A DNA stretch of 64,000 nucleotides from positions 5,671 through 69,670 of the forward strand of contig CABSJT010000001.1 in assembly GCA_902478145.1 (NCBI GenBank). The letters are read 5' to 3'. Shown in pieces: positions 10,734 through 20,987 of the stretch; position 1 is the first letter of the stretch, and every line of letters begins with the position of its first letter. Source of the stretch: an uncultured Oscillospiraceae bacterium. Lineage in GTDB: Bacteria; Bacillota; Clostridia; Oscillospirales; Ruminococcaceae. Below the pieces are notes generated by a model. The model ran no database searches. It was not told the DNA's origin and was given only the letters and a program-made list of their open reading frames with translations. The translations under genes and the position numbers were made by a program.

Positions 10734-11648
10734 TCAATCTTTATCTTCCATAAGCATTACCATTACAGCTTTCTGAGCGTGTAAACGGTTTTCTGCTTCG
10801 TCAAATATTTCGTTTGCGTGTTCTTCAAAAACTTTTCCTGTAATTTCTTCCTCACGGTGAGCAGGCAGACAGTGAAGAACCATGCATTCGGGATTTGTAA
10901 CCACCATTACATCATCATTTATCTGATAACCGGCGAATGCTTTTCTGCGGATTGCAGCTTCGTCCTCCTGACCCATAGAAGCCCACACGTCAGTGTAAAG
11001 AACATCTGCATTTTTCGCAGCTTCAACAGGCGAACTTACTATCCTGAACTTTCCGGGGTACTGGCTTGCGAAATCAATAATCTGCTTGTCGGGGTGGTAT
11101 CCGTCGGGGCAGGCAAGGCTTACATTCATTCCAACCTTTAAGCAGCCTACCGTAAGAGAGTTTGCCATGTTGTTTCCATCGCCGATATAGCAGAAGTTAA
11201 GCCCGTCAAGCTTATTCTTATATTCGCGAATGGTCATTAAGTCGGCGAGAACCTGACAGGGATGACAGAAATCGGTAAGACCGTTAATGATCGGGATCGA
11301 GCCGTATTCGACAAGCGCTTCAACTTCCGCCTGTTCAAATGTACGAATCATAATGCCGTCAAGATATCTTGAAAGAACTCTCGCCGTATCCTGAATAGGC
11401 TCGCCTCTTCCTATCTGGAGATCTCTTGAGGATAGGAAAAGCGGCTGACCGCCGAGCTGATACATTCCTGTTTCAAAAGAAACGCGGGTTCTTGTAGAAG
11501 ATTTCTGGAAAATCATACCGAGAGTTTTTCCCGCAAGACGCTTATGCTCAATACCGTTTTTTTGTTCATACTTGAGCTGGTCGGCGAGATTTAAAATCTC
11601 AATAATTTCGTCTGTGCTTAAATCCAGCATTTTTAATAAGTGTTTCAT
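10734..11648 (-). CDS. argF: ornithine carbamoyltransferase
   Basis: It carries the STRTR and HCLP motifs and is the last gene of the arg cluster. Confidence 0.9.
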   Translation of the reverse strand: MKHLLKMLDLSTDEIIEILNLADQLKYEQKNGIEHKRLAGKTLGMIFQKSSTRTRVSFETGMYQLGGQPLFLSSRDLQIGRGEPIQDTARVLSRYLDGIMIRTFEQAEVEALVEYGSIPIINGLTDFCHPCQVLADLMTIREYKNKLDGLNFCYIGDGNNMANSLTVGCLKVGMNVSLACPDGYHPDKQIIDFASQYPGKFRIVSSPVEAAKNADVLYTDVWASMGQEDEAAIRRKAFAGYQINDDVMVVTNPECMVLHCLPAHREEEITGKVFEEHANEIFDEAENRLHAQKAVMVMLMEDKD

Positions 11649-11666
11649 GCAAGCCTCCTGTTAATG

Positions 11667-12842
11667 TTAAGAATTAAGTATACCTTTCAGAATTTCGACG
11701 CCATTGTCGATAGCTTCATAGCTTATAGTGAGCGGGGGAAGAAGCCGTACTTTTGACTTTGCTGTAAGGACGAGTAATCCGTGATCGAGCGCTTGTTTTG
11801 CAACATCTGCGGCGATTTTTGTTTTCAGCGTGATTCCTATCATCATTCCAATTCCGCTGAGCGCTTCTACCTCATCAATTTCTATTAGCTTTTTGCGGAG
11901 ATATTCGGATTTTTCTGTAACTTCGTCCAAAAATCCCTTTGATGAGAGTCTTTCAAGAACAGCCAGACCGCCGGCGCAGCAAACGGGATTCCCTCCGAAT
12001 GTGGAACCGTGCGTCCCGGGAGTAAGCACACCCGAACATTTTTCACCTGTAAGACAAACGCCCATTGGAAGTCCGCCTGCAATTCCCTTAGCCAGAGTAA
12101 TTATATCAGCTTTTTTTCCGTAGTGATCTCCCGCAAGGAAAAGACCGGTGCGGCCAACGCCTGTCTGAACTTCATCGGATATTGTCAGAATATCCTTTTC
12201 AGCTGCTATTTGGAATATTTCATCAACAAAGTCGTGGTTAAGCGCATTTACGCCGCCCTCGCCCTGAATATATTCAAACATAATTGCGCATACAGTATCG
12301 TCAATCTTTGAGCGGAGATCATCAATATTGTTTGCTTCGGCATACACGAAACCCTCGGTAAAAGGGAAGAAGTAGTTGTGAAAGACGTCCTGACCTGTTG
12401 CGGAAAGTGTGGTGAGTGTTCTTCCATGGAAAGAGTTTACGAGCGTAATTATTGTGTGGCGACCCTTTCCGTACTTGTCAAAGCTGTATTTTCTTGCAAT
12501 TTTAATTGCACACTCATTCGCTTCGGCACCTGAATTTCCGAAAAACATTTTCTTCATTCCGCTCATTTCCGCAAGTTTTTGCGAAAAGTCAGCCTGAACC
12601 TTTGTATAATAATAATTCGAGGTATGCTGAATTTGTTTGACCTGTGCGCATACTGCGTAAACCCATTTGTCGTCGCAGTATCCGAGAGAATTTGTTCCGA
12701 TGCCGCTTCCGAAGTCGATATAGCACTTTCCGTTTTCATCTTTTGCATCGGTAAAGTTTCCGCTTTCAAGGACTAACGGATAACGTCCATATGTCCCCAT
12801 AACGTGTTCATTGAATTGTTCTATAGTGTTCATACTTATCAC
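11667..12842 (-). CDS. argD: acetylornithine aminotransferase (class III PLP aminotransferase)
   Basis: Class III aminotransferase motifs are present (GNSGAEANE, DEVQTGVGRTG, the PLP lysine in TLAKGIAGG) within the arg cluster. Confidence 0.88.
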   Translation of the reverse strand: MISMNTIEQFNEHVMGTYGRYPLVLESGNFTDAKDENGKCYIDFGSGIGTNSLGYCDDKWVYAVCAQVKQIQHTSNYYYTKVQADFSQKLAEMSGMKKMFFGNSGAEANECAIKIARKYSFDKYGKGRHTIITLVNSFHGRTLTTLSATGQDVFHNYFFPFTEGFVYAEANNIDDLRSKIDDTVCAIMFEYIQGEGGVNALNHDFVDEIFQIAAEKDILTISDEVQTGVGRTGLFLAGDHYGKKADIITLAKGIAGGLPMGVCLTGEKCSGVLTPGTHGSTFGGNPVCCAGGLAVLERLSSKGFLDEVTEKSEYLRKKLIEIDEVEALSGIGMMIGITLKTKIAADVAKQALDHGLLVLTAKSKVRLLPPLTISYEAIDNGVEILKGILNS

Positions 12843-12845
12843 CTG

Positions 12846-13697
12846 TTAAACGATCATTGTTCCAAGGCCTTCATTTGTCAGAAGTTCAATTAAAATTGAA
12901 TGGGGAACTCGACCGTCGATAATATTTGCTTTTTTTACTCCGCGGCGCACCGCTTCAACGCAGCAGTCGATTTTAGGAATCATGCCGCCCGAGATTATGC
13001 CCTGTTTCTTGAGATATGGAACTTCACTGACTCCAACCATAGGAATGAGCGTGCTTTCATCATCTTTGTCCTTGAGCAATCCCACAATATCGGTCATAAG
13101 GAAAAGACTTTCAGCTTTCATTTCCGCCGCTATGCGCGCTGCTGCCGTGTCTGCGTTGATATTGTAAACCGTGCCGTCGTCGCTGCTTGCAAGAGTGGAG
13201 ATAACGGGGATATAACCGTTGTTGAGCGTGTCGTTTATGACTGTCGGGTCAACTTTAGTTATCTCGCCAACAAGTCCTAAATCGGGGTTAAGCTGCTTAG
13301 CTTCGATCATATGGCCGTCGAGCCCGCAAAGGCCTATCGCTTTTCCCTTATGCTCATGAAGCATTTCAACAAGCGCTTTATTTACCTTTCCGCAGAGAAC
13401 CATTTGAACAATTTCAACGGTTTCCTCGTCAGTATACCGCAGTCCATTGACGAATTTGCTTTCTTTTCCTACGCGTTTAAGCATGTCGTTGATTTCGGGG
13501 CCGCCGCCGTGAACCAGTACTATTTTCATGCCGATCGCGCTTAAAAGCACGATATCAGACATTACAGCCTGTTTTAAAGTATCGTTTGTCATTGCGTTTC
13601 CGCCGTATTTAACGACGATGACCTTGTTGGAATATTTCTGAATGTATGGAAGTGCGTCGCTTAAAATTGAAGCGCGCGTGTCATTATTTATCTGCAT
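12846..13697 (-). CDS. argB: acetylglutamate kinase
   Basis: VVKYGGNAM and the amino-acid kinase fold motifs (VLVHGGGPEI) are present. Confidence 0.92.
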   Translation of the reverse strand: MQINNDTRASILSDALPYIQKYSNKVIVVKYGGNAMTNDTLKQAVMSDIVLLSAIGMKIVLVHGGGPEINDMLKRVGKESKFVNGLRYTDEETVEIVQMVLCGKVNKALVEMLHEHKGKAIGLCGLDGHMIEAKQLNPDLGLVGEITKVDPTVINDTLNNGYIPVISTLASSDDGTVYNINADTAAARIAAEMKAESLFLMTDIVGLLKDKDDESTLIPMVGVSEVPYLKKQGIISGGMIPKIDCCVEAVRRGVKKANIIDGRVPHSILIELLTNEGLGTMIV

Positions 13698-13708
13698 TTT
13701 ATTTCTCC

Positions 13709-14941
13709 TCAGCTTCTGTAATCGCCGTTTATTTTTACATAATCATATGTTAAGTCGCAGCCCCAAGCTGTAGCTTCGGCGTCGCCTGAATGAAGCTCAA
13801 CAAGAATTGTGATCTCATCTTCCGATAAAATTTTCTTTGCCAAATCTTCATCGAACTGAAGTCCGAATCCGTTTTCGCATACGAGAATTTTGCCCGCCTT
13901 TGAAATATAATAAACGTCTGCCTTTGAAACATCATAATCAGCGTCGGCATAACCGAGAGCGCAGAGGATACGGCCGCAGTTTGCGTCCGCACCATACATT
14001 GCACATTTTACGAGAGGGGAGCGTATAACGCTTTTGGCAGCAATTATTGCAGTATCAACGTCCTTTACTCCGCGGCATATACATTCAACCAGCTTTGTAG
14101 CGCCTTCTCCGTCTTTAGCGAGCTTTTTGGTGAGATCTCTCATAACTGCGTAAAGCACTGACTTAAATATTTGGAAGCTGTCACAGTCGGATATGATTTC
14201 ATTGTTGCCTGCAAGTCCGTTTGAAAGAACGGTCACCATGTCGTTTGTTGAAGTGTCGCCGTCGACCGAGAGGCAGTTGTAGGTGAACTTAACCACTTCG
14301 CTCAAAGCTTTTTGAAGCATTTCGCTACTTATCGCAACGTCGGTGGTAATGAAATTGAGCGTTGTTGCCATGTTTGGGTGAATCATTCCGCTTCCTTTAG
14401 CCATTCCGCCAAGGTGACAGGTTTTTCCGCCAATTTCAAATTCAACGGCAACTTCCTTACGCACGGTGTCTGTTGTCATAATTGCCGTTGCAGCGTCAAT
14501 GTTGCCGGTATACGAAAGCTTGGATACCAGTTCGGGTAAGCCCTTTTCGATAGGCTCAATAGGCAGAACCTGACCGATAACACCTGTTGAAGCGACAATA
14601 ACTTCCTCAGGCTTTATTCCGAGAGCATCAGCGGTAAGGCAACACATTTTGTAAGCTTTTTCTTCACCGTCGGGATTGCTTGTATTTGCGTTTTTTGAGT
14701 TGACGATTATAGCCTTAGCTTTGCCGCCTGTCGCCTCAAGATTTTTCTTTGTAACAAGAATGGGAGCACCTTTGACCTTGTTTGTTGTGTAAACGGCAGC
14801 CACATTGCACTCAACATCGGAAACGACCATACCAAGATCGAGTTTTTTAGTGGGATTATCTTTTATTCCGCAGTAAACACCGCTTGCTTTAAAACCTTTT
14901 GCGGCACACACGCCGCCGTTAATGTATTCCATTTTAAACAC
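13709..14941 (-). CDS. argJ: bifunctional ornithine acetyltransferase / N-acetylglutamate synthase
   Basis: The ArgJ autoproteolysis site ATMLNFITTD and the TTDTV motif are present. Confidence 0.9.
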   Translation of the reverse strand: MFKMEYINGGVCAAKGFKASGVYCGIKDNPTKKLDLGMVVSDVECNVAAVYTTNKVKGAPILVTKKNLEATGGKAKAIIVNSKNANTSNPDGEEKAYKMCCLTADALGIKPEEVIVASTGVIGQVLPIEPIEKGLPELVSKLSYTGNIDAATAIMTTDTVRKEVAVEFEIGGKTCHLGGMAKGSGMIHPNMATTLNFITTDVAISSEMLQKALSEVVKFTYNCLSVDGDTSTNDMVTVLSNGLAGNNEIISDCDSFQIFKSVLYAVMRDLTKKLAKDGEGATKLVECICRGVKDVDTAIIAAKSVIRSPLVKCAMYGADANCGRILCALGYADADYDVSKADVYYISKAGKILVCENGFGLQFDEDLAKKILSEDEITILVELHSGDAEATAWGCDLTYDYVKINGDYRS

Positions 14942-14946
14942 CTCAG

Positions 14947-15891
14947 TTAAATAAGTCCTGTTTTTTCGTCAACACCCATCATAATGTTTAGACATTGAAC
15001 AGCCGCTCCGCTCGCACCTTTTCCTAAATTGTCAAAACGTGAACAAATAAGTATTTGCTCATCATTTCCGCAGATGATAATCTGCATACGGTTGGTGTTT
15101 TCAAGCTCATTTGCACCTATGAAGCCATTGGTAAGCACATTGATTCCGTTCACCTCCGCAACAGATATGAACGCTGAGCTATTGTAATGTTCGTCAAACA
15201 TTTGCTTTACATCATTGGGAGTGCATTTCTTGCTGAGCAGCCGCGTATGAAGGGGAAGAGAAACGACCATTCCTGCAAAGTAATCGCACACATAAGGATT
15301 AAACATCGGCTTATAGTTAAGACCCGATATTACCTGCATTTCGGGAAGGTGCTTGTGATTTTGCGTCAGCGCATATTGACGCGGCGTGTCGAATTCTTTT
15401 GCTCGATCCGCAGCTTCATACTGTGCTATGCCTTTTTTTCCGGCACCGCTGTAACCTGAAACTGCATGGATTGTTACGGGATAGTCTTTTGGGAGAATTC
15501 CGTGTGCAATTAGCGGATATGCCATTGAGAGAAAGCCGCTGGCATAGCAGCCTGGGACAGCAACTCTTTTAGCGTTCTTTATTTTTTCGCGGTGCTGTGC
15601 TGAAAGTTCAGGGAAGCCGTACGCCCAGTCGGGATTGGTACGATGCGCTGTTGAAGCATCAATTATGCGTGTTTCTGGATTTTCAACCAACGAAACCGCT
15701 TCAATCGCGGCAGCGTCCGGCAAACATAGAAAAGTGAAATCGGACGAGTTGATAAGCTTCTTTCGTTCATCAGCGTCTTTTCGCTTTTCAGGGTCAATTT
15801 TTAGTAGTTCAATGTCGTTCCTGTCTTTGAAACGCTCCAGAATTTTAAGACCGGTAGTACCTTCCTGACCGTCAATAAATATCTTTGTCAT
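14947..15891 (-). CDS. argC: N-acetyl-gamma-glutamyl-phosphate reductase
   Basis: It has the short-form ArgC layout with the GCYASG active-site cysteine region. Confidence 0.9.
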   Translation of the reverse strand: MTKIFIDGQEGTTGLKILERFKDRNDIELLKIDPEKRKDADERKKLINSSDFTFLCLPDAAAIEAVSLVENPETRIIDASTAHRTNPDWAYGFPELSAQHREKIKNAKRVAVPGCYASGFLSMAYPLIAHGILPKDYPVTIHAVSGYSGAGKKGIAQYEAADRAKEFDTPRQYALTQNHKHLPEMQVISGLNYKPMFNPYVCDYFAGMVVSLPLHTRLLSKKCTPNDVKQMFDEHYNSSAFISVAEVNGINVLTNGFIGANELENTNRMQIIICGNDEQILICSRFDNLGKGASGAAVQCLNIMMGVDEKTGLI

Positions 15892-15908
15892 TTTATGACT
15901 CCCTCTTG

Positions 15909-16331
15909 TTATTTTTGTGTGTAAAACAGACTCATGCCGGCTCCGCGTTCATCATTCGGACGGCGCATAAAACCTACTTTTTCATAAAAAGGCTCTTTGT
16001 CTTTCGCAGAGAGCAGGGAAACCATAGTAGTTTCTCCCGGCTCAACGTATCCGCTTTTAACGAAATCCATTAACTGCGCTATCATCTGTTTTCCGATGCC
16101 CTGGCGCTGAAAATCAGGGTGAACTATAACGTCAACAACGAGCAAATGATACCCGCCGTCGCCGACAGCACGCGCCATGGAAATTGTCTTTCCGTCGCAT
16201 TTTCCGACTGTGATGAAACGGGAATTGGGTATGCTTATATTGAATTGGCGCTGTGAAATCGAGCCCCAGCCCACAAGTCTGCGCAGTTCGTTGTAATCTT
16301 CATATGTAATTTCTTTGTCAAACGTAATCAT
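15909..16331 (-). CDS. GNAT family N-acetyltransferase embedded in the arg operon
   Basis: The GNAT acetyl-CoA motif QRQGIGKQM is present. Its stop overlaps the argH stop/start region at 16328-16331. Confidence 0.7.
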   Translation of the reverse strand: MITFDKEITYEDYNELRRLVGWGSISQRQFNISIPNSRFITVGKCDGKTISMARAVGDGGYHLLVVDVIVHPDFQRQGIGKQMIAQLMDFVKSGYVEPGETTMVSLLSAKDKEPFYEKVGFMRRPNDERGAGMSLFYTQK

Positions 16332-17710
16332 AACTTTTCACGCACCAGTTTTATCTGCGTTTCTACACTTTCCGGCGAAGGTCCGCCGTAAGATTTGCGT
16401 TCTTTTACGCAAGTTTCAAGGCTGATCGCATTGTAGACGTCATCGGAAAAAAGTTCTGTTTTTTCTTTGTAAGCCTCAAGCGGAAGATGTTCAAGGTCTG
16501 TATTTTTTGATATACATTCCGCAACAAGCCCGCCTGTGATCTTATACGCGTCACGGAAAGGCATTCCTTTTTTTACAAGATAATCCGCGCAATCCGTGGC
16601 GTTGATAAATCCTCTTGCTGCGGCATTTCGCATATTATCCTTGTATATGCTCATTGTTGCCAGCATGGGAATAAAAGTGGAAAGGCAAAGCTTTACATTA
16701 TCTACTGCGTCAAAAATCGCTTCCTTGTCTTCCTGCATATCTTTGTTGTATGCAAGCGGAAGTCCTTTCATCATAGCGAGCAGAGTAACATTGTCGCCAA
16801 ATACGCGGGCAGTTTTGCCTCTTACGAGTTCGGCAATATCGGGGTTCTTCTTCTGCGGCATAATGCTCGACCCGGTCGCAAATGCGTCATCAAGTTCAAT
16901 AAATTTGAATTCCCAGCTGCACCAAAGAATAATTTCTTCGGAAAAACGTGACAGGTGCATCATTATAATTGAAATCGCAGAGGAAAGCTCAATGCAAAAA
17001 TCGCGGTCGGAAACGCCGTCGAGAGAGTTTGCCATAGGCACGTCAAAACCAAGCAGGGAAGCAGTCCTAAAGCGATCAATATGGTAGGTCGTTCCCGCAA
17101 GCGCTCCGCTTCCGAGAGGACAAACGTTCATACGCTTGTTCACATCGTCAAGCCGATTCATATCGCGCAGAAACATCTGTGCATACGCCATAAGATGCTG
17201 TCCGAATGTGATTGGCTGTGCTCGCTGAAGGTGAGTATAACCGGGCATGATAGTATCTTTATGCTGTTCGGCAATATCGCAGAGCGTTTCGGTAAGTTTA
17301 TGAACAAGAGTATGAATTTCGTCAATTTCATCACGCAGATAAAGTCTGATGTCAAGTGCAACCTGGTCGTTTCTTGAACGTGAAGTGTGAAGGCGTTTAC
17401 CGACATCTCCCAATCGCTTGGTCAGTTCAGCTTCAACGAACATATGAACATCTTCCGCGTTCGGATCAAACATCAGTTTGCCGCTGTTCAGGTCGTCAAG
17501 AATTTCTTTGAGCCCGCCGATAATTGTAAGACTGTCCTCCATTGTGATAATGCCTTGTTCGCCGAGCATTGTCGCATGAGCGATGCTGCCTTCAATATCA
17601 TTTTTATACATTCTGCAATCAAACGAAATAGACGAATTAAATGCGTTAACACCGCTGTCTACTTCTTTTGAGAAGCGTCCTGCCCACATTTTTTCCATAA
17701 TTGCTTCCAA
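16328..17710 (-). CDS. argH: argininosuccinate lyase
   Basis: Fumarate-lyase family signature (GSSIMPQKKNPD) and an ArgH-like N-terminus (WAGRFSK) are present. Confidence 0.92.
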   Translation of the reverse strand: MEAIMEKMWAGRFSKEVDSGVNAFNSSISFDCRMYKNDIEGSIAHATMLGEQGIITMEDSLTIIGGLKEILDDLNSGKLMFDPNAEDVHMFVEAELTKRLGDVGKRLHTSRSRNDQVALDIRLYLRDEIDEIHTLVHKLTETLCDIAEQHKDTIMPGYTHLQRAQPITFGQHLMAYAQMFLRDMNRLDDVNKRMNVCPLGSGALAGTTYHIDRFRTASLLGFDVPMANSLDGVSDRDFCIELSSAISIIMMHLSRFSEEIILWCSWEFKFIELDDAFATGSSIMPQKKNPDIAELVRGKTARVFGDNVTLLAMMKGLPLAYNKDMQEDKEAIFDAVDNVKLCLSTFIPMLATMSIYKDNMRNAAARGFINATDCADYLVKKGMPFRDAYKITGGLVAECISKNTDLEHLPLEAYKEKTELFSDDVYNAISLETCVKERKSYGGPSPESVETQIKLVREKL

Positions 17711-17735
17711 ACCTTTCCGCTATAAAACAAATAAT

Positions 17736-17766
17736 ATTGAAACAGGCTTTTTCAGCCTGTTTCAAT
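17736..17766 (-). terminator. 12-bp perfect inverted repeat between argG and argH (intra-operon terminator or attenuator hairpin)
   Basis: ATTGAAACAGGC-TTTTTCA-GCCTGTTTCAAT. On the minus strand it is followed by ATTATTTGTTTTAT. Confidence 0.5.
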
Positions 17767-17793
17767 ATTCAAAGCTGGGTAATAAATTAAATT

Positions 17794-19014
17794 TTACTTT
17801 CTGTTCTCGTCGAGAAGAGCTTTAACCTTAATCGGAAGTCCGAAAAGATTGATAAATCCGTCAGCGTCCTTCTGGTTATAAACGTCATCTTCGTTAAACG
17901 AAGCAAAATCTTCGCTGTAGAGAGTGTAAGGTGAAGTTACGCCTGCGTTGATGATATTGCCCTTATAGAGTTTGAGTTTAACTTCGCCGGTGCAGGTTTC
18001 CTGAGTCTTATCAACAAACGCGTCCATAGCTTCTCTTAAAGGTGTGTACCACTGTCCGTTGTAAACGAGGTCGGCGTACTTGAGCGCAAGACCTGCTTTG
18101 TAATGCTGTGTTTCTTTATCGAGGCAAATCGTTTCAATAACGTCATGAGCGTGATAAAGGATAGTGCCGCCGGGAGTTTCGTAAACACCTCTGGACTTCA
18201 TACCAACAAGTCTGTTTTCAACAACGTCATAAAGACCGATACCGTTTTCGCCGCCGATTTTGTTAAGATCCTTGATGAGCTTTACGCCGTCCATTTTTTC
18301 GCCGTTAAGCGCAACGGGAACACCCTTTTCAAAGCTGATTGTAACATATGTAGGCTTATCGGGAGCCATTTCGGGAGAAACGCCGAGTTCAAGGAATCCG
18401 GGCTTGTTGTACTGAGGTTCATTTGCAGGGTCTTCAAGATCCATGCCTTCGTGAGAAAGATGCCAGAGGTTCATATCCTTCGAGTAATTTGTTTCTCTTG
18501 TAATTTTGATCGGAACATTGTGCGCTTCGGCATATTCGATTTCCTGTTCTCTGGACTTAATATCCCAAATTCTCCAAGGCGCGATTACGGTGAGATTGGG
18601 CGCAAGCGCCTTAATCGTAAGTTCAAAACGAACCTGGTCATTTCCCTTACCTGTGCAGCCGTGGCAGATAGCATCAGCATTTTCCTTCTTTGCGATTTCA
18701 ACAAGTCTCTTTGCAATAGGAGGACGCGCGAAAGATGTTCCGAGGAGATAGCCTTCGTAACGTGCGCCTGCTTTAAGAGTGGGGAAAATGAAGTCGTTTA
18801 CAAATTCTTCCTGAATATCTTCAATGTAAAGCTTGGAAGCGCCTGTTTTCTTAGCGCGTTCTTCAAGACCTTCGATTTCGGCGTCCTGTCCTACATTGCC
18901 GGCAACGCAGATTACTTCACATCCGGGGTAATTTTCGTGAAGCCACGGAATAATAATAGAGGTATCAAGACCGCCTGAATATGCAAGGATAATTTTTTTG
19001 ATTTCTTTAGCCAT
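17794..19014 (-). CDS. argG: argininosuccinate synthase
   Basis: AYSGGLDTS (PP-loop) is present, and the rest matches ArgG throughout. Confidence 0.93.
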   Translation of the reverse strand: MAKEIKKIILAYSGGLDTSIIIPWLHENYPGCEVICVAGNVGQDAEIEGLEERAKKTGASKLYIEDIQEEFVNDFIFPTLKAGARYEGYLLGTSFARPPIAKRLVEIAKKENADAICHGCTGKGNDQVRFELTIKALAPNLTVIAPWRIWDIKSREQEIEYAEAHNVPIKITRETNYSKDMNLWHLSHEGMDLEDPANEPQYNKPGFLELGVSPEMAPDKPTYVTISFEKGVPVALNGEKMDGVKLIKDLNKIGGENGIGLYDVVENRLVGMKSRGVYETPGGTILYHAHDVIETICLDKETQHYKAGLALKYADLVYNGQWYTPLREAMDAFVDKTQETCTGEVKLKLYKGNIINAGVTSPYTLYSEDFASFNEDDVYNQKDADGFINLFGLPIKVKALLDENRK

Positions 19015-19109
19015 AGAAGTGTTCTCCTTTTTGAAAAAAATATTCTAATATCATTATACAACAATTATTCAGTTTGTCAAGGGAAAATATGCATATATAT
19101 GTATATTAT

Positions 19110-19150
19110 ACTGAATATTTTGCATAATTCACGAATACTTTGAATATGTC
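19110..19150. promoter_or_regulatory. putative ArgR/AhrC operator (tandem ARG-box-like half-sites) upstream of argG
   Basis: cTGAATAttttGCATAATTCAcGAATActtTGAATAtg: four TGAAT/ATTCA-type half-sites within 40 bp, positioned in the argG promoter region (argG start at 19014, minus strand). Confidence 0.4.
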
Positions 19151-19196
19151 GATTGTTCATATCGAGCCGAAAAATGCAAAAATATGTAAAAAAACA

Positions 19197-19225
19197 TTGA
19201 CTTTATGACCGTTCATGTGTATAAT
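19197..19225 (+). promoter_or_regulatory. sigma-A type promoter for the XRE-family regulator gene
   Basis: TTGACT, a 17-nt spacer, then TATAAT, about 25 nt upstream of the GGAGG RBS of the 19251 ORF. Confidence 0.45.
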
Positions 19226-19250
19226 GGTAATATGAACAATCATTTGGAGG

Positions 19251-19649
19251 TTGGCTATGCTGCTAGATGAAAAAATGGAAATACTTATTTGCAGAAAGAA
19301 TATCAGCAAGACAGAACTTGCTGAAAAAGTCGGCATAACATACAGGGGACTTGCCAATTACCTTAACGGTTCACGCAAACCGAAGCGCGATGTACTTGAC
19401 AAGATTGCAAAGGAACTTGATACGACAACAGAATTTCTCCTCGACGACAGCAAAGGACTTGTCCTTGACAGCAGAGAACGCTTCGTATTCCATTCAAAGT
19501 CCAATGCGAACTCTATTCGTGAAGCTGCGGAGTATCTCGAAAAAGGCAAGGAACTGTTTGAATGCCCCGATATAAACCCGGAGGATAAACAGGCGCTTTT
19601 CTCCTGCCTTACCGAAATGTACTTCAATTCAACAAACAAGCAGATATGA
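19251..19649 (+). CDS. XRE-family helix-turn-helix transcriptional regulator
   Basis: A Cro/C1-type HTH is present (ISKTELAEKVGITYRGLANYLNGSRKP). Confidence 0.75.
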   Translation: MAMLLDEKMEILICRKNISKTELAEKVGITYRGLANYLNGSRKPKRDVLDKIAKELDTTTEFLLDDSKGLVLDSRERFVFHSKSNANSIREAAEYLEKGKELFECPDINPEDKQALFSCLTEMYFNSTNKQI

Positions 19650-19683
19650 ACATTCATCGTCTTCGAAAATATGAACAAACGAG

Positions 19684-19893
19684 GTGAAGATAATGGATAA
19701 AACGAAAATTGACAGAATAAATTACCTCGCCAGAAAGTCAAGAGAAGAAGAACTTTCTGTTGAGGAAAAGGAAGAACAGGAACGTTTACGCAACGAATAT
19801 CGTCAGCATATGAAAAATTCGTATATGCCGCACTTGCAGAATACTTACATTATTGACAAGGACGGAAATAAAAGAAAACTTATCAAGGATTGA
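19684..19893 (+). CDS. UPF0291/DUF896 family small protein (YnzC-like)
   Basis: A 69-aa protein (IDRINYLARKSREEELSVEEKEEQERLRNEY) resembling Bacillus YnzC. Confidence 0.65.
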   Translation: MKIMDKTKIDRINYLARKSREEELSVEEKEEQERLRNEYRQHMKNSYMPHLQNTYIIDKDGNKRKLIKD

Positions 19894-20987
19894 CTTCAAT
19901 GAAATATTCAGATTTTTGCTATACGGGAATTTTTGATGAATTTTTCAATGTGATCTGGTCAGATAATAGCGAGCTTTTCAACAGAATAAGCAGACGACAC
20001 AAAAATCTTCAGAAAAAACTGTACAGGGCTGATTTTTCGGATACTATATGCTACAATTTTAAAGCCAAGGGCGTTGAATATTCGGTAAAAGTCAATGTGC
20101 TTCGCGATAGAAGGATAGTGTGCAGGATTTTCCAAATGCTGCCGGATGAAATACTGAGCCGCGAGGAGCTTTTCGAGGACATTGACAACATAAGACACGG
20201 TTCTCTGAACGCTATTTCTATGGCTCAGATGATTCAGAGCTATTTCAGCAAGTCGGATTTTGGCACAGTTAAAAATTCGCTTTATTTACAGTTACGCCAG
20301 ATGTCGGATATTTATGCTAATTCTCTGAATATCTTGCAGCTTTTCGAGGAAAGTGAGAAGCCGTGCTTTGTTCCGCTTGAAAAATACCTGATTAGGACAT
20401 TTGACGAAGCAAAGTTCGCTCTCAGAAAAATCCGCAAGGATTTTGCATACCTCATATGTATTGACGCTCCATACTGGAAACTCGACTACAGGCATTTTGA
20501 AATGGCGCTTTTCAATCTCATAAAGATTATGCTTGTATCAACATTATTTGGCACGGGCGGATTGATAACCGTGAGGTCGCACGAGAGAGACGCTGTTATC
20601 TTTACTGCGGAATTTCCGTTTCATCAGAATTACAGTCTTGCAAACACAAGGTTGGAAATGCGTGTTGTCGGTCATTTATTCAAACTTATGAACGGAAATG
20701 TGGAGTTTTGTCAGGAACGCGACAAAATTATCTGCACCGGATATATAAAGACGGAAAGCTCGCTCAGGATAAGAAGTGTTTCGCATTCAATGCAGCTTGA
20801 ACCCGACCTTGACTGCGAAAAAATAAATGAACGGCGCAAAAAAGGACATGATACCTATTATAAATTATATCATCGTCCAGAACGGCAATATCTTAAAAGC
20901 GAGGTCGAGGAAATGTCCGGTGTAAGCGATCCGAGGATAAGTGCGCTTGAAGTTTTCTTTATGGGTGCTGAACCTTATGAATCATGA
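19890..20987 (+). CDS. hypothetical cytoplasmic protein with possible degenerate histidine-kinase-like (GHKL ATPase-like) C-terminal region
   Basis: A 365-aa protein with no TM segments. It has weak H-box-like (IRHGSLNAISMAQ), N-box-like (FEMALFNLIKIMLVS) and G-box-like (GTGGLITVR) stretches, and sits beside a two-component system. Confidence 0.4.
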   Translation: MTSMKYSDFCYTGIFDEFFNVIWSDNSELFNRISRRHKNLQKKLYRADFSDTICYNFKAKGVEYSVKVNVLRDRRIVCRIFQMLPDEILSREELFEDIDNIRHGSLNAISMAQMIQSYFSKSDFGTVKNSLYLQLRQMSDIYANSLNILQLFEESEKPCFVPLEKYLIRTFDEAKFALRKIRKDFAYLICIDAPYWKLDYRHFEMALFNLIKIMLVSTLFGTGGLITVRSHERDAVIFTAEFPFHQNYSLANTRLEMRVVGHLFKLMNGNVEFCQERDKIICTGYIKTESSLRIRSVSHSMQLEPDLDCEKINERRKKGHDTYYKLYHRPERQYLKSEVEEMSGVSDPRISALEVFFMGAEPYES

